A stretch of DNA of 64,000 bases from Bacilli bacterium (GTDB lineage Bacteria; Bacillota_I; Bacilli_A; ML615J-28; CAG-313). Below are positions 1 to 9,888 of the stretch, in pieces. The stretch lies in NCBI GenBank assembly GCA_045123185.1, contig JBGVIL010000020.1, forward strand, positions 19,715-83,714. Reading direction: 5' to 3'. The first letter of the stretch is position 1. Every line of letters starts with the position of its first letter. Under the pieces are notes generated by a model. The model saw nothing but the letters and a program-made list of their open reading frames with translations. It searched no databases and was not told the origin of the DNA. Position numbers and translations under genes: made by a program.

Positions 1-77
1 GGGTATTGTTTGATTAGTGTATTAAAAATATTTAAACCACCAAGACCTGAATCAATAACTACAATTTGGTTTTTCAT
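1..77 (-). CDS. murI: glutamate racemase, first 25 codons only (gene runs off the left edge)
   Basis: The minus strand from the ATG at 77-75 reads MKNQIVVIDSGLGGLNIFNTLIKQY. The DSGxGGL block is the conserved MurI N-terminal motif. A GAGGTG Shine-Dalgarno sequence lies 4 nt upstream. Confidence 0.5.
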   Translation of the reverse strand, partial: MKNQIVVIDSGLGGLNIFNTLIKQY

Positions 78-86
78 ATGACACCT

Positions 87-647
87 CTATGGAAGTAATC
101 CATACATGATCAGTCCAAGACCTGCGCCCATAAGGATAATCAGTATTGGATTTTTTGTTTTTTTAAATCTTGTCATTACAAAAGCAATTGACATAATAAT
201 TAATGCTTTATAGTCAAATCCACTAAATTGCCATAAACCATCAAATACTTCTTTCCACATTAGAGTAATAGCAGTTCCAGCAATTAAACTAATGATTACT
301 GGTTTTACACCCTTTAAAGCACCTTTAACATATTTGTTATCTGTAAAGTTACTTAAAAATTTACTAATAATTAATATTATGATAAATGATGGTGAGATTA
401 CACCAAGTGTTGCAAAAAATGCTCCCAAAACACCATATTGTGAAAATCCTATAAACGTTGCACAATTAACTGCAAAAGGACCAGGTGTTGATTCACTAAT
501 TGCAAGATAATTCATCAGTTCAATTTCTGTTGCCCATCCAGCAGCAACTGATTCTTGGGTAATAAGTGGAATCATAGCATATCCACCGCCAATAGTAAAT
601 AAACCTATTTTAAAGAAAGTCCAAAACAATTTAAGAAGTATTAACAT
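87..647 (-). CDS. chromate transporter (CHR) family protein, second of a short-chain pair
   Basis: 186-aa polytopic ORF carrying the CHR blocks FKIGLFTIGGGYAMIPLI and ESTPGP. Its start overlaps the upstream paralog's stop by 1 nt. Confidence 0.85.
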   Translation of the reverse strand: MLILLKLFWTFFKIGLFTIGGGYAMIPLITQESVAAGWATEIELMNYLAISESTPGPFAVNCATFIGFSQYGVLGAFFATLGVISPSFIIILIISKFLSNFTDNKYVKGALKGVKPVIISLIAGTAITLMWKEVFDGLWQFSGFDYKALIIMSIAFVMTRFKKTKNPILIILMGAGLGLIMYGLLP

Positions 648-1207
648 TATTTGTTACCTCCTTCTTTTGGTTTATTAATAATGGCATACCATATTACACC
701 GAATATAAATCCTAAAATAATAAAGTAAATTGTTGATACATTTGGAAAAATAAATGTTAATGAAATAGCTAAAAGGAAGACTATTAAACTAACTAAATTC
801 TTTGGTGTATTTTTTATAAGTTTAATCGCAGCGTTAAGAATTAACACACCAACAACTGCTCTTATTCCTCTAAATGCATATTGAACAATTTCATTTGCTA
901 AAAACTGATCAATAAATAAACTTAAAATACAAATAATGGCAAACGATGGCAAAAATACACCAAGTGTTGCAAAAAGTGATCCCCAAAATTTATTGACCTT
1001 GTAACCTACATAAGTTGCACTGTTAATCGCAATAACACCAGGAGTTGACTCGGCAATCGCAATCATATCTAAGATTTCATCATCAGTTACCCACTTATGT
1101 TTTTCAACAGTTTCTCTACTAATTAGTGGAATCATAGCAAGTCCTCCACCAAATGTAAATAAACCTATTTTAAAAAATGTTGTAAATAATTGTAAATTTT
1201 TATTCAT
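647..1207 (-). CDS. chromate transporter (CHR) family protein, first of a short-chain pair
   Basis: Carries FKIGLFTFGGGLAMIPLI and ESTPGV blocks. I prefer the ATG at 1207 (MNKNLQLF, AGGTG SD upstream) over the TTG at 1231 in the ORF track. Confidence 0.8.
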   Translation of the reverse strand: MNKNLQLFTTFFKIGLFTFGGGLAMIPLISRETVEKHKWVTDDEILDMIAIAESTPGVIAINSATYVGYKVNKFWGSLFATLGVFLPSFAIICILSLFIDQFLANEIVQYAFRGIRAVVGVLILNAAIKLIKNTPKNLVSLIVFLLAISLTFIFPNVSTIYFIILGFIFGVIWYAIINKPKEGGNK

Positions 1208-1214
1208 ATGACAC

Positions 1215-3512
1215 CTACTCAATATCTGCAAGTACCCATAAGTACTTACCTGTTGTATGTCCCCAAATTTCTTTATAAACAGCTTGTGTCATCATTGGCC
1301 AGTATGGTAAATCAGCTTCTCCAAAAGTCATAATTCCAACAGGTAATGCTCCTACCATTTGTGGAGAAAACGCTACATATAGTGGATGATAGTTGTAACC
1401 TTCACCATACATTGTTGAAGATGCGAATGGATTTTTTCCTAGTATCCACTCAAGTTGATCAATTGCAATTTGTTTTAACTCATCATCTTTTAACACTTTA
1501 GCAATAATTGATATTGCCTTTGTTTTACTAAGTAGTGTTGCGTGGAAACCTCTTCTTTGAATCGAAATCGGGAATGTTCTAATATATGCGTTATCAGAAA
1601 CTTTTCTTCCTTGTTTTGCTTGAAGTTGTAGATTAATATACGCTTCTTCAATAGTTCCGTGAGTTGGGGGAACAGTAAAACGATCCATATTAATTTTATC
1701 TAAAATATATATATGACCAGGTACAAGACCATAAGGTTTAGTGTCAGTAATTGTTGACATAACATACTCTTTATAAAGTTTTAAACCAGTAGTCCAAGAA
1801 GAAACTTCTTCATCATTTGGTAGTATTTCTAAGAGCATTGCAAGACCATGAATTGGTGATTGTTCATGACCACGATGTTCATAAGTTAAGATGTATTTAT
1901 GAAGTGGGTCTTCGTAGAAGAATCCTTTAATTTTATCTTCACCAATTCCTTCTGTTTCTTGACAGCTTAAAACTATTTTAGCATAAGCTTTTGCAACTTT
2001 TAAATAGTCTTCATTTTGTGTTGCTTTATATAGTTCTACAGCTGCAATAATTCCATGTCCTGCAACTTGTGAATCAATATTTGGTCCCCAACGTTTTGTA
2101 TATATACCATTTTCATAACCTAGTTTTGCGGCTTCAAAATCACCAATTGCAGATCTTTTACACCAATCGGCAAAAACTGGATCATCACCAAACATAACAG
2201 ATGCTTTAGCTAGTGCAGCACTTGAAGTAAAGTTTTCAAATGGACCATTTTCAGCAACATTTGCATAAACACTTTTATTATCAGGACTTAATACATTATC
2301 GCGCCAAACATTATAAAGTACTGCCATAGCACGCATACCATCACCAAATCTGGTTCTTAAAAGCCAGTTAGCACCAACTCTAGCTTCTTGTAATAATCTT
2401 TCATATAAATCTAAATCTTTGTCTTTTTTAGTTTCTGCTAAATCTAAAATTGCATGTGTCATTTCGGCTGTACAAATTTCAAATTGAGAAACATCTCCAG
2501 CATCGTGCCATCCACCAAAGTTTGGCACACTACTTCCATTAGGATGCATTGTACGACAATTTAAATGACATGCTGAATGTACTCCTTCAATATCTTCACC
2601 ACATCTAAGTAGTCTTAAAAAGTTCATGCTTTTCCATATTGAAGAGTCGTATGGATTATTATCAATAATAAAAGACTTAGTTTTGGTGTTTCCTACTGTT
2701 AAATAATATTCACCTAATTTATTAAGATTAGAAAAATCTAAAACAGCAAATTTTCCAAGTTTATTATTGACTTTTTCAATTTTTGCTGAATATTCTAATT
2801 CATCATTCATATTATAAATCATAAAAGTAGTTTCAGTTGTATCTTTTGCTAAGGCAACCTTTTGTTGATTTGGATAGTATCCAACATGTGAAAATGCTAC
2901 TCGGTTTTCTAAGTCCCAACCTAGATCATAATCAACATCAACTACTTCTGCTTTAACATTATCAATATAGTGAACAAACTCTGGTAGCCCTTCTGGCGGA
3001 CATCCCATCATAAATGCAGTAATAGTAATTGAACTTACCTTTGTTCTATCATACTTATCAATTTCCCAAACAACTTTATTCCATTTATTTGGTGTTAAAC
3101 TTGGTGCATTAGTATGATACTTTCCATTATTTAAAATACTAATATGATAATAGAAGTTTTGATAACCAGTTGCAACTGGCATAATATCAAAAGATAAACG
3201 ATTATATTTTGATAAATCTAAATCATATAATTCAATTGATATTCCAAGTGTTGGTCTTGGTGATATACCTTCAGCAAAAGTATTTCCTTCTACCTTTAAG
3301 CTCTTTTCATCTGTTAGATAAACATCACTTGATATTGAACATTTTAAACCTTCTTTATAAGAAACATTCTTTAAAGTTGTCCCATCATATAAAGTTACAC
3401 TTTCTTTCACTTCTTTATTAACCCATCTTGTATTAGCATCTTCTTCAAGATTTGGTTTCATAAAACGATTGGCATTTCTACTTGATTTTTTTAGTAATTC
3501 TAGTTTTGTCAT
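1215..3512 (-). CDS. glycoside hydrolase family 9-like protein with an N-terminal Ig-like (CelD_N-type) module; no signal peptide
   Basis: GGWHDAGD matches the GH9 catalytic DAGD signature. The upstream FSHVGYYPNQQKVA resembles the GH9 N-terminal Ig-like domain. The 765-aa ORF is intact. Confidence 0.6.
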   Translation of the reverse strand: MTKLELLKKSSRNANRFMKPNLEEDANTRWVNKEVKESVTLYDGTTLKNVSYKEGLKCSISSDVYLTDEKSLKVEGNTFAEGISPRPTLGISIELYDLDLSKYNRLSFDIMPVATGYQNFYYHISILNNGKYHTNAPSLTPNKWNKVVWEIDKYDRTKVSSITITAFMMGCPPEGLPEFVHYIDNVKAEVVDVDYDLGWDLENRVAFSHVGYYPNQQKVALAKDTTETTFMIYNMNDELEYSAKIEKVNNKLGKFAVLDFSNLNKLGEYYLTVGNTKTKSFIIDNNPYDSSIWKSMNFLRLLRCGEDIEGVHSACHLNCRTMHPNGSSVPNFGGWHDAGDVSQFEICTAEMTHAILDLAETKKDKDLDLYERLLQEARVGANWLLRTRFGDGMRAMAVLYNVWRDNVLSPDNKSVYANVAENGPFENFTSSAALAKASVMFGDDPVFADWCKRSAIGDFEAAKLGYENGIYTKRWGPNIDSQVAGHGIIAAVELYKATQNEDYLKVAKAYAKIVLSCQETEGIGEDKIKGFFYEDPLHKYILTYEHRGHEQSPIHGLAMLLEILPNDEEVSSWTTGLKLYKEYVMSTITDTKPYGLVPGHIYILDKINMDRFTVPPTHGTIEEAYINLQLQAKQGRKVSDNAYIRTFPISIQRRGFHATLLSKTKAISIIAKVLKDDELKQIAIDQLEWILGKNPFASSTMYGEGYNYHPLYVAFSPQMVGALPVGIMTFGEADLPYWPMMTQAVYKEIWGHTTGKYLWVLADIE

Positions 3513-3555
3513 ATATATTACCTCTAATTATGTATTATACACCATATAACGTTTT

Positions 3556-3590
3556 TTTGCAAAAAGAAAACAAAGGTTTTACCCTTTGTT
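3556..3590 (-). terminator. rho-independent terminator after nadE
   Basis: 8-bp stem AACAAAGG/CCTTTGTT (3569-3576 and 3583-3590) followed on the minus strand by a TTTCTTTTT tract. It overlaps the nadE stop codon. Confidence 0.5.
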
Positions 3591-4329
3591 AATTCTTAAA
3601 GTATTTAAATGAAGGCATAAGTTCTAGTTTAAATTGATTTATTCTATGTAAGTAGTCAATTCGATCTTTTCTTTCTTTAGCTGGTTCTATACCTTCTCTA
3701 ATATATTTATCTAATTCTTCATAAGTAAAACCTAATTTGTCTTCATCAGTTTTACCACATAATCCGTCACTTGGAACTTTATCAACTAAGTTAATTGGTA
3801 AACCTAAATATTTTCCAATTTGTTTAACTTCGTTTACTGTAAAATGTGACAGTGGTGAAAAATCACCTACTGAATCACCATATCTAGTTGAATATCCAAC
3901 CCAGTCTTCTGATAAATTACATGTATTAACTACACGGCCATTAACTGATTGTGATACTGCATAAATCGCAGACATTCTAAGTCTTGGAGGTAAATTAATT
4001 ACTGATTGTTCAGAAACATTTAAAGCTTTATTCATTTCTTCAACAATCCCGTTAAAAGCTTTTTCAATATTAATAACATAATATTTTATACCTAAATGAT
4101 TACATAGGTGATAAGAACAATCAATATCACTTTGTTCACCATTAGGTAAAAGAACACCAATTACACGATCTTTCCCAAGAGCTTCTACACAAAGTGCTGC
4201 AGCGACGCTTGAATCTTTTCCACCGCTAATACCAAGTACAGCATTACATGTTGGCCCATTTTTTTCAAAAAACTCTTTTATCCATTCTACACATTTAAGT
4301 GTTGCATCTTTTACATCAAATTGATACAT
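3589..4329 (-). CDS. nadE: ammonia-dependent NAD+ synthetase
   Basis: 246 aa with the PP-loop GISGGKDSSV. Length and overall pattern are typical of NadE. Confidence 0.9.
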   Translation of the reverse strand: MYQFDVKDATLKCVEWIKEFFEKNGPTCNAVLGISGGKDSSVAAALCVEALGKDRVIGVLLPNGEQSDIDCSYHLCNHLGIKYYVINIEKAFNGIVEEMNKALNVSEQSVINLPPRLRMSAIYAVSQSVNGRVVNTCNLSEDWVGYSTRYGDSVGDFSPLSHFTVNEVKQIGKYLGLPINLVDKVPSDGLCGKTDEDKLGFTYEELDKYIREGIEPAKERKDRIDYLHRINQFKLELMPSFKYFKN

Positions 4330-4337
4330 AATTCCTC

Positions 4338-4910
4338 CTATAAAACTTCAATTAAATATTCGATAAATGTTTTAAGTCCAATTAATATTAAAATTATACC
4401 ACCGATGATTTCGGCTTTATTACTAAGTTTGTCCCCAAATTTTTTACCAATAATTATACAAATATATGATAAAACAAAAGTCACAATACCAATAATACCA
4501 CCAGCAAGAAATGCTCTTGAAGTTTTCCAACCTACAAAGATTAATCCAATTGTTAAAGCATCGATTGATGTTGCGATACTTTGGATAAGTAAACCTTTTA
4601 ATGTTAGAACAGTATTCTCACAAGTTTCACAGTTAGAATGTTTAATACCTTCGATTAACATTTTACCACCAATAAATGATAATAATATTAGAGCTACCCA
4701 ACTTGTAAATTGTGTTAGGAAGTCTTTAAAAATGCTTCCAGTAAAATATCCAATCATTGGCATTGCAAATTGGAAAAAACCAAATGCAAACGCGATTAAG
4801 AACATTTTACTTTTTTTCATTTTTGATTCAACTAAACCATTAGTCATTGATACAGCCGAAGCGTCCATTGCCATACCAACTCCTAATAAAAACATCTGTC
4901 CAATATTCAT
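4338..4910 (-). CDS. mntP: manganese efflux pump MntP family protein
   Basis: 190-aa six-TM ORF with the GMAMDASAVS and TSIDALTIG repeated halves typical of MntP/DUF204. Confidence 0.8.
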   Translation of the reverse strand: MNIGQMFLLGVGMAMDASAVSMTNGLVESKMKKSKMFLIAFAFGFFQFAMPMIGYFTGSIFKDFLTQFTSWVALILLSFIGGKMLIEGIKHSNCETCENTVLTLKGLLIQSIATSIDALTIGLIFVGWKTSRAFLAGGIIGIVTFVLSYICIIIGKKFGDKLSNKAEIIGGIILILIGLKTFIEYLIEVL

Positions 4911-4911
4911 A

Positions 4912-6354
4912 TTATGCTCCTATATATTGATCAAGTGCACTCATTACGGCACCGTAAATAGCTTCCATCCCCGCTTTATTTGGGTGTAACATATTTGCCA
5001 TATATTGTTCTTTGTTTTCTTCTGTTATCACTTCATCAATTAAAGCTAAACCAAAATTTAATTCTGTACTTAATTCTCTAAGTACATTATTATACGCTAT
5101 TCTTAAATCATAACAACTTGTATATGAAAATGTTGATGCACCTAGTGTACAAACAATAATATCAACATCTCCTAGTGTCTCATACATCATGTTAATCATT
5201 TGTTTATAGTTTCTTTTAAATGTAGAAACATCTGTTCCTACTTTACAGTCATTAGTTCCAAGATATATAATTACAACATTTACTGGAATATTTTCTTGAA
5301 TTAGTAAATCAACTCTTTTTTGACTTAAACCAGCATAACCTGGCATTCCACCAGTATTTAATACACCTGTTCCACTAATTGAATTATTAATAACAATATT
5401 TAAATTATTATTTTGATAAAGTTTGTACCACCAAGTATCACCAACAGACTGTACATCAAGTGTTGCTTGTGGATAATAATATGCAAAGCTTTCAGGAATA
5501 TATCCTGCAAAAGTCGATATACTGTCGCCATAGATTGCAACGGTCGCATTTTCAAGCTTTCTTTCTACCCATTTTGCATAAAGTACAACATCTTTATCGA
5601 AAGTTTCATCAATCATTGAAATTGGTTCTCCATCAAAAAATTCATTTAAAAACCAACCCTTAAAATAATAGCCATCTTTTTTTGGAAATGATAATCTAGT
5701 ATTTTCACCAGCAATATATTGTGTTAATTCTTGGTCTAACTCTCCACCATTTAATTCATAAGAAATGTTTCGGTATGGAGCATTATCTTTGTATTTAGCA
5801 TAATACAACTTATTACCATATTCATCTTTTGATATTGATGTGTAAGGTCCATCAGTAAATTCTTCATCTAAGTACCAACCTAAAAACTCATTATATTTTT
5901 TTTCAGGTATTGGAAGTTCAGTTTCCGTACCGAAATAATAATATCTTGTCCATTCAGATGGAAGACTTCCTCCATCTGTATCATAATATACTAAATATTT
6001 TGTTCCTATTTCAATCCACTTCGCAGTTAATGTTATATCACTAGTTATTGTTTCTTCTTCAAATAATTGATCATCTAAATACCAACCAATAAAAACATTA
6101 TTTTCTTTTTCAGGAATAGGTAAAGTAATAGAACCTTCTGTTTCAATTACTTCTTTAGTTTCTTTATCATATTCTAAAGTTACTTTAAATAATATTTTAG
6201 GTTCTTCATAATCCGGATCTAATTCACCACATTCACATTTACCATCAACAAATACATGTTCATGAACAGGATCTTTGTTTGTTGAATTACTCATATCACA
6301 TGATGTTAGTAACAAACAAATAACAATAAATAATAAACTTAAAAATCTTTTCAT
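4912..6354 (-). CDS. lipoprotein with Listeria-Bacteroides (Flg_new/InlB B-repeat-like) repeats and a C-terminal SGNH/GDSL hydrolase domain
   Basis: Lipobox LLLTSC. Repeated F.GWYLD...TLTAKW units. The C-terminal IYGDSIS (GDS block) and GTND suggest an SGNH fold. Confidence 0.65.
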   Translation of the reverse strand: MKRFLSLLFIVICLLLTSCDMSNSTNKDPVHEHVFVDGKCECGELDPDYEEPKILFKVTLEYDKETKEVIETEGSITLPIPEKENNVFIGWYLDDQLFEEETITSDITLTAKWIEIGTKYLVYYDTDGGSLPSEWTRYYYFGTETELPIPEKKYNEFLGWYLDEEFTDGPYTSISKDEYGNKLYYAKYKDNAPYRNISYELNGGELDQELTQYIAGENTRLSFPKKDGYYFKGWFLNEFFDGEPISMIDETFDKDVVLYAKWVERKLENATVAIYGDSISTFAGYIPESFAYYYPQATLDVQSVGDTWWYKLYQNNNLNIVINNSISGTGVLNTGGMPGYAGLSQKRVDLLIQENIPVNVVIIYLGTNDCKVGTDVSTFKRNYKQMINMMYETLGDVDIIVCTLGASTFSYTSCYDLRIAYNNVLRELSTELNFGLALIDEVITEENKEQYMANMLHPNKAGMEAIYGAVMSALDQYIGA

Positions 6355-6393
6355 AATAGTCCTCTAATACTTTAGTATTATATCACATAAATA

Positions 6394-7104
6394 TTATTTA
6401 CAATGACTTTTTATAACATTAATTACTTCACTCATATTAATGTGCTCAAATTCATGAACTGTTTTGGGATGATTAATAATATAGTCTCCAACCATATAAC
6501 ATTTTATACCACATGCGTATGCACATTCACCATCTTCATAAGTATTATTACCAAATAAAATAACTTCGTCACTTTTTAAATTAAATTTATCTAATAACAT
6601 CTTAAAGTACGCAGGATTTGGTTTACAAAAGTTAGAGTTTTCATAAGTAGTTATATAGTCAAAATCATTTTCTTCTAAACCAATAAAACTCATTCTAGTT
6701 AATGTTCCTAGTTTTGGAAAGATAGGATTAGTAGAAAGAACTGTAAGTAAATTTAAATCATGACAACATTTAATAATATCTAATACATAGGGATTTTCAT
6801 CACAGCTATTTTTTGTTTGTCTAAATTCATTTGTATAAAATTCATCTATCGAATCTTTATCTTTTAGTTTTTCAGTACCATAAAACTCAACAAACGTATC
6901 CCAAAATACTTCTTCATTAGTCTTGAAACCATCATTTAAATACATCTTTTTAGTTCCAGCCCAAATAACATCAACTAGTTCTTCTGGTTTATATCCATAT
7001 GGAATCATTCTTTTACAAAGCATCCCAAAATATAGTTTTGTGAAAGATTCTTCATTTAAAGGTAATAATGTTCCATCTAAATCAAAAAATACTGCTTTTA
7101 ACAT
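6394..7104 (-). CDS. HAD-superfamily hydrolase
   Basis: N-terminal FFDLDGTLLP motif I of the HAD family; 236 aa. Confidence 0.8.
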   Translation of the reverse strand: MLKAVFFDLDGTLLPLNEESFTKLYFGMLCKRMIPYGYKPEELVDVIWAGTKKMYLNDGFKTNEEVFWDTFVEFYGTEKLKDKDSIDEFYTNEFRQTKNSCDENPYVLDIIKCCHDLNLLTVLSTNPIFPKLGTLTRMSFIGLEENDFDYITTYENSNFCKPNPAYFKMLLDKFNLKSDEVILFGNNTYEDGECAYACGIKCYMVGDYIINHPKTVHEFEHINMSEVINVIKSHCK

Positions 7105-7112
7105 ATAGTCTC

Positions 7113-8150
7113 CTATAATTTAAATTCGATTGAGAAAGTAGTCATATTATCTTTACTTTGGACTTTAATTGTTCCATTATGTAACTCTACAATTTTAGAA
7201 ACAATACTTAATCCTATTCCATTACCATCATGACTTTTATTATTTTTTCCACGATAGAATTTTTTAAAGATGTTCTCAATCTCTTCTGGTTTTATTGTGT
7301 CACCAACATTAATAAAATCAATTTGTAATAAATTATTATTCTGTTTAATGTTGATTTCTAAAACAGTTTCTTCATAAGAATACTTAATAGCATTATCAAT
7401 TAAGTTTAACCAAACTTCTTTTAATAAGTCACTGTTACCATATATATAATATTCATCAAAGTCAATCGATAATTCTAGTTTTTTATGTTCGAGTTTCTTT
7501 TCTAAAAGTAAGATGGTTGTTCTGATTTGTTCAGAAATATTTATCTTTTCTTTATCAGTTAAAATCTCTTGATTTTCAAGTTTTGATAGACTTAAAATAT
7601 TAGTTGTCATAGTTGCAAGTCTACTTGACTCTTCATCAATAATTTGTAAGTATTCTTTCTTTTTTTCTTCACTTACATTTTCATCTTGTAATAGTTTAAT
7701 TAAACCACTAATTGAAACAAGTGGTGTTTTTAATTCATGAGAAAAGTTATTAATAAAATCATTTGACATTGAATCATGTTTTTTTTGTTCTAATGCAAGT
7801 TTATTAAAACAATCTGACAAATCTTTTAACGCATTTCTTTTACCAATATATATTTTAGTATCATATATACCATCTGAAAGTTGAGTCATACCTTTGATCA
7901 TTCGATTAACTGGTTTCATGATAATTTGTCCAAACCACATTGAGACCCCAAGTCCTACTGTAATACTAGAGACAATCCAAATTAGAATTACAAACCATCT
8001 TAAATCTTTATCAATATAAATTTCTAGTAATTCACCTAAGTTAAATAAATATATTAATAAAACAATAATTCCAAGTACAACAATTAATGCGACTGCAACT
8101 ACAATAATAAACAAAATACTAAAACTTTTTTCATTTTTTCTTCTGTTCAT
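7113..8150 (-). CDS. two-component sensor histidine kinase
   Basis: Two N-terminal TM segments, the H-box FSHELKTPL, and the N and G boxes (NLIDNAIKYS, GNGIGLSIV). Confidence 0.9.
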   Translation of the reverse strand: MNRRKNEKSFSILFIIVVAVALIVVLGIIVLLIYLFNLGELLEIYIDKDLRWFVILIWIVSSITVGLGVSMWFGQIIMKPVNRMIKGMTQLSDGIYDTKIYIGKRNALKDLSDCFNKLALEQKKHDSMSNDFINNFSHELKTPLVSISGLIKLLQDENVSEEKKKEYLQIIDEESSRLATMTTNILSLSKLENQEILTDKEKINISEQIRTTILLLEKKLEHKKLELSIDFDEYYIYGNSDLLKEVWLNLIDNAIKYSYEETVLEINIKQNNNLLQIDFINVGDTIKPEEIENIFKKFYRGKNNKSHDGNGIGLSIVSKIVELHNGTIKVQSKDNMTTFSIEFKL

Positions 8151-8821
8151 TATTTAATTACTCCTTTATATCCAAGTCCTCTAACCGAAACAATTTCAAA
8201 AGAGTTCCAGCAATCAAACTTTTTTCTTAAACGATTAATATGAACAGTTAAAGTTTCCCATCCTGTTTCACATTCGTAACCCCATATTTCATCCATTAAT
8301 TGGATTCTTGTAAAGATTTTGTCCGGGTTAGATAAAAGTTTATATAATAGTAAAAACTCTTTTTGAGGAAGTTCAATTACTTCATCTAATCTTGTTACAG
8401 TATAAGCATCATAATCTAAAGTAACATTCCCAATTACTAATTTTCTTTCGCTTTCTATTTTATATCTTTTAAGCAAAGCTTTAATATGTAATAATAATTC
8501 TTCTAAATCAATCGGTTTGGTCATATAGTCATCAATACCAGCTAAGAATCCTTTTTTTCTATCAATTGATAATTGTTTCGCAGACATCATTAAAATTGGT
8601 AAATTTTCATTAGTCGATCTAATTGTTTTAGTAAATTCATAACCATCTATTTCTGGCATCATAATATCAACAATTACTAAATCGATGTGTTGAACATCTA
8701 AGATATTTAAAGCTTCTTTTCCGTTAACTGCAGTAAAGACAGTATATTTATGAAGTTCTAATGCTTCTTTTATAAAATAACGAATATTCTTATCATCATC
8801 TATTACTAATATTTGAAACAT
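8150..8821 (-). CDS. OmpR-family response regulator
   Basis: Receiver domain (DLVIVDIMMPEIDG) plus a winged-helix C-terminus (TVHINRLRKK). It overlaps the kinase gene by 1 nt. Confidence 0.9.
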   Translation of the reverse strand: MFQILVIDDDKNIRYFIKEALELHKYTVFTAVNGKEALNILDVQHIDLVIVDIMMPEIDGYEFTKTIRSTNENLPILMMSAKQLSIDRKKGFLAGIDDYMTKPIDLEELLLHIKALLKRYKIESERKLVIGNVTLDYDAYTVTRLDEVIELPQKEFLLLYKLLSNPDKIFTRIQLMDEIWGYECETGWETLTVHINRLRKKFDCWNSFEIVSVRGLGYKGVIK

Positions 8822-8937
8822 AATTATTCTCCTATTTATATCAAATATATTTTACCATATTTTGACAATTATTTCAAGTAGTACTTCTTTTGACATTTTA
8901 TATTATAAATAATATAATTACTTTGAGGTATCGATTT

Positions 8938-9849
8938 ATGTTTAATAAAATTGTGGTTATTGAACCGATTAATATTTTAGATTATCAAAAAAATGAATTA
9001 TCTAATTATGCCAATGAAGTTATATTTTATCATACACTACCAACAAGTGATGAAGAAATAATTAAACGAATTGATAATGCGGATTGTGTATTATTAAGTT
9101 ATACGACTAGTCTAAATGAATATGTAATAAGTCATTGTCCAAATATTAGATATATTGGAATGTGTTGTTCTTTATATTCAAAAGAGTCAGCAAACGTTGA
9201 TATTAGTTATTGTGAAAAACATAATATTACTGTTACTGGTGTTCGTGATTATGGTGATAATGGAGTAATCGAATATATTATTCATGAACTAGTAGAATTC
9301 CTACAAGGTTATAAATCTTTAAAATGGGATTTATTACCTAAAGAAATTACTAATTTAAAATGTGGTGTAATAGGACTTGGAACAAGTGGAATGATGATTG
9401 CAAAAGCATTAAAGTTTTTTGGTGCAGATGTAAGCTATTATAGTCGTACTAGAAAAGAACATTTAGAACAAGAATTAGGTATTACATATAAATCCCTTGA
9501 TGAAGTATGTGAAAATAGTGAAGCTTTATTCTTAGCTTTAAATAAAAATGTTTTATTACTTCAAGAAAAACAGTTTAATTTAATGACTGGAAAAAGAATT
9601 CTTTTTAATACATCAATTGGACCCGGATTTGATCCAGTAGCTTTAAAAACTTGGCTTCAAGATAAAAACCACTTTTTCTTTGGTGATACGCTAAACACTG
9701 CAGGTGATTTATCAATTTGGGACTTAGAAAATACATTCACAATTAATCGTTCATCTGGCGGATTTACTTATCAAGCATTTGAAAGATTAGGCAGCAAAGT
9801 AATTAATAATATAAATAATTATTTAAATAATTATTTAAATAATAAATAA
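8938..9849 (+). CDS. D-isomer-specific 2-hydroxyacid dehydrogenase family protein (NAD-binding)
   Basis: Rossmann motif GVIGLGTSGMMIAKALKFFGADV. I prefer the ATG at 8938 (GAGGT SD upstream) over the TTG at 8890. Confidence 0.6.
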   Translation: MFNKIVVIEPINILDYQKNELSNYANEVIFYHTLPTSDEEIIKRIDNADCVLLSYTTSLNEYVISHCPNIRYIGMCCSLYSKESANVDISYCEKHNITVTGVRDYGDNGVIEYIIHELVEFLQGYKSLKWDLLPKEITNLKCGVIGLGTSGMMIAKALKFFGADVSYYSRTRKEHLEQELGITYKSLDEVCENSEALFLALNKNVLLLQEKQFNLMTGKRILFNTSIGPGFDPVALKTWLQDKNHFFFGDTLNTAGDLSIWDLENTFTINRSSGGFTYQAFERLGSKVINNINNYLNNYLNNK

Positions 9850-9851
9850 CT

Positions 9852-9888
9852 AAAAACAACCTGTTCATTGAACAGGTTGTTTTATATT
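9852..9888 (+). terminator. bidirectional rho-independent terminator between convergent genes
   Basis: 12-bp stem AACAACCTGTTC/GAACAGGTTGTT (9855-9866 and 9870-9881) flanked by an A-run and a T-run. Confidence 0.8.

Noticed and set aside
4321-4989. A 222-aa plus-strand ORF, and the other short opposite-strand or nested ORFs in the track: 292-510, 3209-3421, 3737-3964, 5413-5663, 6923-7108, 11180-11491, 13957-14139, 17144-17674, 19149-19340, 22367-22606, 24033-24266, 27180-27455, 31723-31929, 33374-33595, 39189-39508, 42010-42279, 46448-46633, 51649-52251, 54796-55116 and 56897-57085.
   Set aside because: All lie inside well-supported genes: antisense to minus-strand genes, or (39189-39377) same-strand in a different frame. 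They have low-complexity Ile/Leu/Phe/Ser-rich translations typical of shadow frames in AT-rich DNA, and they lack an SD.
9811-9846. A short tandem repeat (AATAATTATTTAAAT x ~2.5) encoding NNYLNNYLNN at the 3' end of the dehydrogenase-like gene, considered as a possible slippage or phase-variation site.
   Set aside because: The repeat unit is 15 nt, so copy-number changes stay in frame. It sits at the extreme C-terminus in low-complexity AT-rich sequence, and nothing suggests a regulatory role.
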